From NCBI GenBank assembly GCA_030619905.1, contig JAUXAO010000004.1, positions 203 to 64,202 of the forward strand: 64,000 nt of DNA, given 5' to 3'. This stretch comes from a bacterium. Lineage in GTDB: Bacteria; Patescibacteriota; Minisyncoccia; Minisyncoccales; CG1-02-41-26. Numbering within the stretch: the first letter of the stretch is position 1; each line of letters starts with the position of its first letter. The notes under the pieces were generated by a model, which saw only the letters and a program-made list of their open reading frames with translations, made no database searches and had not been told where the DNA came from. This document shows positions 16,736-23,828 of the stretch, piece after piece. A program made the position numbers and the translations under genes.

Positions 16736-17221
16736 ATGCCATTTACACCATTTCATTTAGGACCAAGTTCTTGGATAGGACTGGTTTTATTTAAGATTTT
16801 TGATTTTCCTGCGCTTCTTATAGCCAGTATTGTGGTTGACACTGAACCTTTTTGCGTTCTCTTTTTCAATTTGAATTATCCTGTTCATGGATTTTTTCAT
16901 AGTTTTTTAGGTGGTTCGATATTAGCAGTCTTAACAGCCATAATTTTAAATCTTTTGAAAAACAGGATTAAAAAGATAATGGCTATTTTTAAATTAGATC
17001 AGGAATCCTCATTTAAAAAAATCCTTTGGACGTCATTTTTTGGCGTTTATTTCCATCTTGTTCTTGATTCATTTTTGTATGAAGAAATGAAGCTGTTTTA
17101 TCCTTTTGAAGGTAATCCCTTTTTTGGTTTGTTCTCGTTCTACCAAGTTTATCTTTTTTGTAGTTTATCCTTTTTAGTCGGAATATCATTTTATTTAATA
17201 ATGCTTAAAACCCGACGTTAG
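16736..17221 (+). CDS. polytopic membrane protein (possible membrane-bound metal-dependent hydrolase fold)
   Basis: 161-aa hydrophobic ORF with His-containing helices (PFTPFHLGP, HGFFHSFLGG, YFHLVLD). Confidence 0.55.
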   Translation: MPFTPFHLGPSSWIGLVLFKIFDFPALLIASIVVDTEPFCVLFFNLNYPVHGFFHSFLGGSILAVLTAIILNLLKNRIKKIMAIFKLDQESSFKKILWTSFFGVYFHLVLDSFLYEEMKLFYPFEGNPFFGLFSFYQVYLFCSLSFLVGISFYLIMLKTRR

Positions 17222-17305
17222 ACATATCATAAAGACTCTCTTGACTCCTTAATTTGTAGTATAATCCTATAAAGGTCGGAAATTGATTAATATAAAAACA
17301 AAACT

Positions 17306-17518
17306 ATGCCTTTTTTCAAATGGGCAGACAATTGCGTTAAAAAATTTAATTGGATAGATATTAAATTAATTAGTCTGGCAGGTATACTTATCGGAATAAT
17401 ATTAGTAAAATGGATTCCTTCTCTCTTAAATATTAATGTCTGGTGGTTTATTGTAATAGCTGCTTTGTGTCTTGTTAAGGTCTATTGTGTAGCATTTTCC
17501 AAAAAGGAAGTTGTTTAG
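17306..17518 (+). CDS. small membrane protein (70 aa)
   Basis: Two TM helices. TATAAT at 17260..17265 and the AAAGGTCG leader. Confidence 0.55.
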   Translation: MPFFKWADNCVKKFNWIDIKLISLAGILIGIILVKWIPSLLNINVWWFIVIAALCLVKVYCVAFSKKEVV

Positions 17519-17531
17519 TTTTGAAATTAAC

Positions 17532-17560
17532 TTGACAAAATGAAACTTTTCCTGTACATT
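17532..17560 (+). promoter_or_regulatory. sigma-70-type promoter TTGACA-N17-TACATT for the RRM gene
   Basis: TTGACA at 17532..17537, 17-nt spacer, TACATT at 17555..17560. Predicts a 5' UTR of about 77 nt. Confidence 0.55.
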
Positions 17561-17643
17561 TGAAAAACGTTCCTTTTTTATTGAAAAGGAAATGTCGTGC
17601 TCTCTAAGAGTAGGTCGTAAATAATCATTAAGTTTAAGAGAAA

Positions 17644-17943
17644 ATGGAGAAAAAACTTTACGTAGGAAGTCTTTCTTATGACACAACTGAAGATAGTCTT
17701 AAGGATCTATTTTCCAAAGCTGGAAAAGTAGAATCCGCAACTGTTATCATTGACAAGATTTCTGGAAGATCAAAGGGTTTTGGTTTCGTAGAAATGTCTA
17801 CCGAAGATGAAGCCAAAAAGGCAAAAGAAATGTTTAATGAAAAAGATTTAGATGGAAGAAAGATCATTGTTGACGAAGCCAAACCGATGAAAAAGAAACC
17901 TTTCAGAGAATTTTCCGGTCCTAAGGAAAATTTTGGTGAATAA
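17644..17943 (+). CDS. RRM-type RNA-binding protein
   Basis: RNP-2 KLYVGSL and RNP-1 KGFGFVEM motifs. 99 aa. Confidence 0.93.
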   Translation: MEKKLYVGSLSYDTTEDSLKDLFSKAGKVESATVIIDKISGRSKGFGFVEMSTEDEAKKAKEMFNEKDLDGRKIIVDEAKPMKKKPFREFSGPKENFGE

Positions 17944-17971
17944 AATTTCAAAGAAAAAACTTCTAATTAAC

Positions 17972-17995
17972 AAAAGAGCCCTTCAGGGCTCTTTT
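17972..17995 (+). terminator. intrinsic terminator
   Basis: AAAAGAGCCC-TTCA-GGGCTCTTTT. Confidence 0.85.
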
Positions 17996-18070
17996 GGCTT
18001 TCTTTGATTATTAAAAATTGTTATAATAGATTCATTAAAAAGGTCAAATAAATTTGAAAATAAATCATAT

Positions 18071-18868
18071 ATGGATAGTCAAATTTTTAAGAACTTAGAA
18101 GAAAAAAACAAAATTCTCTTTACAGGACTTCTCATTATTTTAACTGTTTTCTTGCTGGCTTTAACTATTTATACTGTTGTCGCTGTTCAGAATAAAATTA
18201 GAGAAGGGAAATATATTGGACAGGAGATTGAATCAAGAAATACAATTACGGTTTTTGGTAAAGGGGAGATCTATGCCAGGCCGGATTTAGCTATAACTAC
18301 TTTCTCTGTTGTAATCGAGAAAAAGACGGTTAGTGAAGCCATGAACGAAAATACAGAAAAGATGAATACAATAATTGATTCTATGAAAGAACAGGGAGTA
18401 GAGGACAAGGATTTAAAAACCACTAGTTTTAATATCTATCCTCGTTATGACTGGTATAATGAAACCAGTTTTTATCCTCAAGGGAGAAGAGTATTGGTTG
18501 GTTATGAAGTTCGCCAGTCCTTACAAGTAAAAATCAGAGACATGGAGAAAATAGGAGAGATTATTCAAGGAGCGACTGATGCCGGGGCTAACCAGGTTGG
18601 TGATTTGCAGTTTACTATTGATGATGAAGATGAGTTTAAAAAACAAGCCAGAGGAGAAGCAATTGAGAAAGCCAAAGCCAAGGCAGAAGAACTGGCTTCC
18701 CAATTAGGTGTTAAACTGGTCAGAATCGTTAATTTTAGCGAAAGCGGTATAGTTCCTCGTTATTATGCTCTTGAGGAATCAATGGGAATAGGAGGAGAAG
18801 CACCGGGAATAGAGGTGGGTGAAAACAAGATAGAAGTCAATGTAACTATAATTTACGAGATTAATTAA
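18071..18868 (+). CDS. SIMPL/DUF541 family periplasmic/envelope protein
   Basis: TM anchor, then ITVFGKGEIYARPDLAITTFSV...GYEVRQSLQVKIRD...ENKIEVNVTIIYEI, typical of SIMPL (26-kDa periplasmic immunogenic protein) proteins. Confidence 0.8.
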   Translation: MDSQIFKNLEEKNKILFTGLLIILTVFLLALTIYTVVAVQNKIREGKYIGQEIESRNTITVFGKGEIYARPDLAITTFSVVIEKKTVSEAMNENTEKMNTIIDSMKEQGVEDKDLKTTSFNIYPRYDWYNETSFYPQGRRVLVGYEVRQSLQVKIRDMEKIGEIIQGATDAGANQVGDLQFTIDDEDEFKKQARGEAIEKAKAKAEELASQLGVKLVRIVNFSESGIVPRYYALEESMGIGGEAPGIEVGENKIEVNVTIIYEIN

Positions 18869-18869
18869 A

Positions 18870-19067
18870 ATGAAAACACTAAACATCTTAGGTTTAATAG
18901 TTTTCTCAGCTGGAGCTTTAACTTTAATTGGTTTTGGCTTTTACAAGTTTTTTGAGGATTCAACTATTTCTCCTATAGTCAGGTGGGGGACTATTGCTGT
19001 AATATTAGGAGTAGTTATTATTTTAGTCTCCCTTATCAAGGAAAGATTAAAAGAAAAAGAAATATGA
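18870..19067 (+). CDS. small membrane protein (65 aa)
   Basis: Two TM helices. Starts 1 nt after the previous stop. ATGA overlap with the next gene. Confidence 0.55.
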   Translation: MKTLNILGLIVFSAGALTLIGFGFYKFFEDSTISPIVRWGTIAVILGVVIILVSLIKERLKEKEI

Positions 19068-19381
19068 TACTAACAACAATAAACAATATTCCTGGGAAAC
19101 AGATTAGAGAAACATTAGGTTTAGTCCGGGGCAATACTATTCGGGCCAAACATATTGGCAAAGATATTTTAGCTGGTTTTAGAAATATTGTTGGTGGAGA
19201 AATTAAAGAATACACAGAGGCTTTAAATGAAGCCAGGGATGAGGCTATGAAAAGAATGCTGAAACAAGCTGAAGAACTAGGGGCAGACGCAATTATAGGT
19301 ATTCGTTTTACCACTTCCCAGATAATGTCCGGGGCAGCTGAACTTTTAGTTTACGGTACAGCTATTAAATTAGGAGAATAA
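19064..19381 (+). CDS. YbjQ/UPF0145 family protein
   Basis: MILTTINNIPGKQIRETLGLVRGNTIRAKHIGKDILAGFRNIVGGEI...ADAIIGIRF. The track start 18983 was moved to ATG 19064 (ATGA overlap with the upstream stop). Confidence 0.85.
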   Translation: MILTTINNIPGKQIRETLGLVRGNTIRAKHIGKDILAGFRNIVGGEIKEYTEALNEARDEAMKRMLKQAEELGADAIIGIRFTTSQIMSGAAELLVYGTAIKLGE

Positions 19382-19423
19382 ATCTGTTTGTCTTTTAATA
19401 TTCATTGTCAAATGTCTTTTTAT

Positions 19424-19451
19424 TTGACAAAATTTTAGGGTTTGCTATAAT
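19424..19451 (+). promoter_or_regulatory. promoter TTGACA-N16-TGcTATAAT embedded in a 9-bp inverted repeat
   Basis: TTGACA at 19424..19429 and TATAAT at 19446..19451. TTGTCAAAT (19405..19413) and ATTTGACAA (19422..19430) form a perfect inverted repeat. Confidence 0.6.
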
Positions 19452-19457
19452 ATGTTT

Positions 19458-19576
19458 GATAATAGTATGGCAGAATTGCTATACTATTTTTATTATAAAA
19501 AGACACCTGTGGGTGCCTGAATTGGATTAATTTCCATCCTCCTTCGGGTACCCGCAAGTGTCCTTTTTTATTTTTT
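19458..19576 (+). ncRNA. candidate small RNA (about 120 nt) ending in a long hairpin plus U-tract
   Basis: Sits downstream of the 19424 promoter. 16-bp stem 19502..19517 / 19547..19562 (1 mismatch, 2 G-U), 27-nt loop exposing CCTCCTT (19538..19544), then T6-A-T6. Confidence 0.4.
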
Positions 19577-19657
19577 AAATTTCCTGCCCTACCTCTTGAC
19601 AAATTTTTGTCCTACCCTTGACAAGATATTATTTTTAAGATAATCTTAATTATCTTC

Positions 19658-19686
19658 TTGACAACATTATTTTGAAAGTATAATAT
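19658..19686 (+). promoter_or_regulatory. promoter TTGACA-N17-TAATAT (or N15-TATAAT) for the TasA-like cluster
   Basis: Third of three TTGACA boxes (19596, 19618, 19658). The first two lie in CCTACC(T)CTTGACAA direct repeats. Confidence 0.5.
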
Positions 19687-19912
19687 CTTATTATAACATA
19701 AAATAAGTCAATAGTATGCCCTTAGGAGGAAAGGGAAAAAGTTGTGCCTTATTATTTAGACGGCAACAAATCAATAAAGAATAAAACAAGATTATCGTCT
19801 CTCTTTTTGCTTGGGGAGATTTTTTATTTTAAAAAAAGAAAGAAATTGAAAATTAGTTAGGGAGGAATTTTTAAAAGGTCGAAAAAATAATTAATTAAAG
19901 TAAGAAAAAAAC

Positions 19913-20611
19913 ATGAAAAAGATAATAATTAGCTTAGCAATTATTGGTGTAGTTGCTGCAATCACTTTAGGGATCACTGGCGCTTGGTGGACTGACGAGG
20001 GGACTAGTGAAAATCAATCCTTTAAATCCGGTACTTTGAATTTGCAGTTGTCTAATACTGGTACAGGAGGTTGGAAAGATATTGTAACCCAAACTTGGAA
20101 TGTTAGTAAGATGGCTCCGGGCGGCACTCCTTATGTATCAACTCTATATATGAGGAACAAAGGCTCGGTAGATGCTGACTATCTTAAGTTTACTCTTAAA
20201 AACACTCCTAGTCCGCCTGGAATGGATAAAAGAATGAGAATTACTCAGTTAGATTATAAAGGCGAAAGTTTACTTACCGGTGGAGCAGGCGCTGATTTGT
20301 CAGCTTACACCCCTCCTGCCACTTGCGACATTAATGTTCAGGGTGACTATAGCACCATTACAGCAGCGATAGGAGCGGCAACGGCTGGTCAGACAATTTG
20401 TGTGGGTCCGGGCAATTACAGTACAGCTTGGGAAAGTGCCCGAATTGATGTGAATCAAAGCGTAACCATAGCTTCTACTAATGGACCGGGCGTTACCACT
20501 ATTAGTGCTGGGATTACCGTTAGTGCTAACAACGTAACGATTAAGGGGTTTAAGATAATTGCGGCAACAGCTCCGGGATCAATAGCGGGGGTGTCTATGT
20601 ACCATCTATAA
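19913..20611 (+). CDS. TasA/camelysin-like secreted protein, N-terminal fragment (SipW-type signal peptide, beta-sandwich, start of a parallel beta-helix)
   Basis: AAITLGITGAWWTDEGTSENQSFKSGTLNLQLS follows the SipW-dependent signal-peptide pattern of TasA. SKMAPGGTP. GPGNYS...VTIASTNGPGVTTISAGITVSANNVTIKGFKI begins a beta-helix. The ORF ends just after a G5 run. Confidence 0.8.
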   Translation: MKKIIISLAIIGVVAAITLGITGAWWTDEGTSENQSFKSGTLNLQLSNTGTGGWKDIVTQTWNVSKMAPGGTPYVSTLYMRNKGSVDADYLKFTLKNTPSPPGMDKRMRITQLDYKGESLLTGGAGADLSAYTPPATCDINVQGDYSTITAAIGAATAGQTICVGPGNYSTAWESARIDVNQSVTIASTNGPGVTTISAGITVSANNVTIKGFKIIAATAPGSIAGVSMYHL

Positions 20612-20622
20612 ATGGTCTCACA

Positions 20623-21291
20623 GTGGAATACAACGAGATTGACGGACAATCAGTAGCAAATTCAAGAGGTGTTGAGTTTTACTATAATGGCGATTACAAC
20701 AGTATCCTTATAGAAAACAATGTAATCCACGATTTGATAACTGGAATTTACACAAATCCTCATACTGGAATTATTGACATAAAGTATAACGAAATCTACA
20801 ACACTGTTGCTGGGATAGGCGGTCTTACTGGTGCAGATGTGCAGTTTAACAAATTTCACAACAACAGCGAGGCTGTAGGAGTTGATAGTACTTATGTATC
20901 AGCTACTTTGACTAATAACGAATTTTTAGCCAATGATATGGTTAAAAATTACGGTGCTCCTTCAGCAGTAAATGCAGAAAAGAACTGGTGGGGTGATTTT
21001 GATCCTTCTGACCAAGTTAGTGGCAATGTAGATTATTCTCCTTATGCCGGTGGTCCGTTTATTGGCTACATTAATGGAAATGACTACAACAGCAATACTT
21101 TTGCTGACTTGGATGATTTTGAACACGAGACAATTATTGTCGGAAATCCAGGTTTGCAAATAAACGGTGCCAATTACCGTGCCTTAAGAATGGGTGTTCA
21201 GCTTGATGGTCCTACTACCGGTAATACATTTATGGGCGGTAATGTAGGTATGAATATGACCATAATCATGGGACAGGGTCCCGCTCAGTAA
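20623..21291 (+). CDS. parallel beta-helix (PbH1-repeat) protein, probably the frameshifted C-terminal part of 19913..20611
   Basis: Repeats ILIENNVIHD, IDIKYNEIYN, VQFNKFHNN, TLTNNEFLAN. This frame is open from 20554. No independent ATG or SD (the track uses GTG). Confidence 0.7.
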   Translation: MEYNEIDGQSVANSRGVEFYYNGDYNSILIENNVIHDLITGIYTNPHTGIIDIKYNEIYNTVAGIGGLTGADVQFNKFHNNSEAVGVDSTYVSATLTNNEFLANDMVKNYGAPSAVNAEKNWWGDFDPSDQVSGNVDYSPYAGGPFIGYINGNDYNSNTFADLDDFEHETIIVGNPGLQINGANYRALRMGVQLDGPTTGNTFMGGNVGMNMTIIMGQGPAQ

Positions 21292-21417
21292 ACGTTGATT
21301 AGCAGAATTGAACTCTTTTAGGTTGCCTCAAAAGGAGGGAAGTTCAGTTTTAAAATTTTCCTTGTGGTTTTATATTAGGTAATTGGGGCAACCAATAAAG
21401 ATTTTAATTTTACTTTT

Positions 21418-21948
21418 ATGGATTTTAAGAAAATCAATATCAAAAAAGTAAAAAAGATTTCTTATTGGGTAACTTTAGGATTTCTATTAGTGGTTTTAGT
21501 TTTTGTTTTATTCCCGCTTTTACCGATTGATAATAATTATTCCCTAAAAATGGTTTTATCCGGCTCAATGAGCCCGGCAATTAAAACCGGCAGCATTGTA
21601 GCCATAAAGCCAGCATTGTCTTATAGTGTCGGAGATGTAATAACTTTTAAAAAGGGCCAGGGAGAAGAAAATATACTTACTCACCGGATAATAGGTCGAA
21701 CGGAACAAGGTTTTATTACTCAGGGGGATGCAAACAATGTAGTTGATGCGAATCCGGTCAGAAAAGAAGCCATTTTAGGAAAGGTGGTTTTGACCATCCC
21801 TTACGCTGCTTACGCGGCTAATTTTGCCCGTTCAAAATTCGGACTTATTTTATTGATTCTAATTCCGGCTTTCTTAATTATCGGAAGTGAGGCGCGTAAG
21901 ATTTTCCAAGAAGTTCAAAAGATCCAACAAAAGAAAAGGGAAGTATGA
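21418..21948 (+). CDS. sipW: signal peptidase I, SipW/archaeal (S26B) type
   Basis: TM anchor, Ser box VLSGSMSPAIKTGS, His box LTHRIIG, TQGDANN box, C-terminal TM: the layout of B. subtilis SipW and archaeal SPases. Confidence 0.85.
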   Translation: MDFKKINIKKVKKISYWVTLGFLLVVLVFVLFPLLPIDNNYSLKMVLSGSMSPAIKTGSIVAIKPALSYSVGDVITFKKGQGEENILTHRIIGRTEQGFITQGDANNVVDANPVRKEAILGKVVLTIPYAAYAANFARSKFGLILLILIPAFLIIGSEARKIFQEVQKIQQKKREV

Positions 21949-23822
21949 TTAAAAAATCTTTATTAAAAATTGTTTGCTTATTGATTATTGTCGGCCTTAA
22001 CTGGACTGGGCTTTTAGCTGTTGGCAAAACCTTTGCTTTTTTCTCTAATAATGAGGATTCTAATACTAATACTTTTACAGCTGCCACTTTAGACCTCTCT
22101 TTAAGGTCTGGCCAGAACAATTTTGTACCCCCAGAAATTGCTTCTAATATGAGTCCCGGCGATTCAGTCGCTCGCGATATTTATATTGGTAAAACTGCTA
22201 ACAGTTTGCCACTGCAACACAAAGTTAGTTATGGGTTTGTAAGCGGAAATGAAGATTTTTGTAACCAATTGCAATTGAAGATTTGGTATAACCATTATCA
22301 CGGTCCGGTGAGCGGGGGATATGCTAACCGCGATATGAGATTAAAATATGATGGACCATTAACTTCTTTAGCAAATCTAACGGATGAAGATTTTATCATT
22401 CCTCATCCTGATGACCAATTTGATGCCGATTCAAGTGATGGCACAGAGCAATGGTTTTTTTACCAGATTACTTTTCCTACTGGTAGTACTGAAATCAATG
22501 GTCAAACTTGTGACTTCAAATTTGTTTTTGAAAGCTGGCAGGATAATTTATCCGATCCGTCATCAGGGTTTTCTGATGCTGAAGAAATTTACAGTAATTT
22601 AATTGATAGCGTGTTTGTTGATGTTGTTTTAAATGAATTTTTACCAAACCCAAGCGGGACTAACCCAGATTATGGATTTGATTTTGGAGAGGATTGGGAC
22701 AGCAAGCCCCAAGGCGAATGGATAGAGATTTATAATAAGGGTGAGGCAGCTGTTGATTTAGCTGGCTGGTATCTCCAGGACCAAGACAGTAATACAATAT
22801 ATATTACTAGTTCAAACACCCATAACAACTCTACAGTTATTGGTGCCAATGGCTCAAGTAATGAATGGTTGGTAGTTTATATGAATGGGGCAATTCTTGA
22901 TAATGACAGCGAGACAATTTATCTCTACAATATGTTTGGTAATTTAATTGACTCTTATTCTTATGACCTTTCGAATTATTGTACCCTTGAGCCAACTCCT
23001 GGAGACCCTAATGATGAAACTGCTTCTGGTAGTTGTCCAACAGAAATTCCAGGTAATAAATCCTACGCCCGGATTCCTGATGGTATTGGTTATTGGGTAG
23101 ATCCTATTCCTACGCCCGGTAGACCAAATATTTTAGAATCAGAGATTATAAATCAAGAAGGAGCTATTGAAGAGGAACCAATTGTTGAAGAAGAACCTAT
23201 TGCAGAAGAACTACTCGTTGAAGGAACTCCAGTTGCCGAGGAAGAACCGGTTAGCGAAGGAGAGCCAGTTATCGAACCAGTTATCGGAGAAGAACCGCCC
23301 TTGGAAAAAGAAAATCCTCCAGTCGAAGAAGAACCAGTTGAGAAAATCCCGGTTATTGAAACTGAAGAAAATCAAGAACAAGAGGGAATAATAGAGGAAA
23401 TAAATGAAATAATTAACGGAGTGATAAATGAAATAGTTGAAGAGATAATCCCTGATGAGCCAGCTGATGAAGAAATATCAACAGAAGACACTCAAGTTAT
23501 TGATGAAACAGCGATTATTGAAGAAGTGCCAACTACTGAAGAGCCGGTTGTCGAAGAAGAACCAGCTACGGTAGAAGAGTCAGCCGGAGAAGAAGCCCCG
23601 GTTGTTGAAGAGACCCCAATTATTGAGGAGGCACCGGTAATTGAGGAGGCACCAGTAGAAGAAGCTCTGGTAATTGAAGAACAGCCAGTTGTTGAAGAAC
23701 AACCAATTGTTGTACCAGATGATAGTTCTCCTACTCAAGGTAGTACCGGAGAAAGTGGCAGCGATTCAGCGGGCGATACGGCTGGTGATACTGGTGATAC
23801 TGGAGATACTATTAGTGAATAA
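21945..23822 (+). CDS. TasA-like secreted protein with lamin-tail domain and a long acidic E/P/V-rich tail
   Basis: AVGKTFAFFSNNEDSNTNTFTAATLDLSL (SipW-type signal). SNMSPGDSV. LTD motif VVLNEFLPNPSG...EWIEIYNKGEAAVDLAGWYLQD. About 220 aa of EEPxVEE-type low complexity. GDTAGDTGDTGDT end. ATGA overlap with sipW. Confidence 0.85.
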   Translation: MIKKSLLKIVCLLIIVGLNWTGLLAVGKTFAFFSNNEDSNTNTFTAATLDLSLRSGQNNFVPPEIASNMSPGDSVARDIYIGKTANSLPLQHKVSYGFVSGNEDFCNQLQLKIWYNHYHGPVSGGYANRDMRLKYDGPLTSLANLTDEDFIIPHPDDQFDADSSDGTEQWFFYQITFPTGSTEINGQTCDFKFVFESWQDNLSDPSSGFSDAEEIYSNLIDSVFVDVVLNEFLPNPSGTNPDYGFDFGEDWDSKPQGEWIEIYNKGEAAVDLAGWYLQDQDSNTIYITSSNTHNNSTVIGANGSSNEWLVVYMNGAILDNDSETIYLYNMFGNLIDSYSYDLSNYCTLEPTPGDPNDETASGSCPTEIPGNKSYARIPDGIGYWVDPIPTPGRPNILESEIINQEGAIEEEPIVEEEPIAEELLVEGTPVAEEEPVSEGEPVIEPVIGEEPPLEKENPPVEEEPVEKIPVIETEENQEQEGIIEEINEIINGVINEIVEEIIPDEPADEEISTEDTQVIDETAIIEEVPTTEEPVVEEEPATVEESAGEEAPVVEETPIIEEAPVIEEAPVEEALVIEEQPVVEEQPIVVPDDSSPTQGSTGESGSDSAGDTAGDTGDTGDTISE

Positions 23823-23828
23823 TAAGTT

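Noticed and set aside
19452-19520. 22-codon ORF MFDNSMAELLYYFYYKKTPVGA (or its 17-codon internal version) as a real micro-protein.
   Set aside because: The first ATG abuts the -10 box and so lies upstream of the likely TSS. The ORF runs into the terminator stem. It is kept only as a remark under the sRNA candidate.
1035-19880. AAAGGTC as a Shine-Dalgarno sequence for upstream, non-ATG starts.
   Set aside because: The distance to the ATG is 26-37 nt. For 7827 I found an in-frame stop 12 nt upstream of the ATG, which rules out an earlier start there; the other genes were not checked. Genes with genuine GGAG SDs show the normal 5-9 nt spacing.
23167-23391. 74-aa K/L/Q-rich ORF in another frame of the acidic tail region, and minus-strand ORF 24620..24901.
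   Set aside because: They are frame artefacts of GAA/GAG-rich repeats, which read as Lys/Leu/Ser low complexity in other frames. There is no start context.
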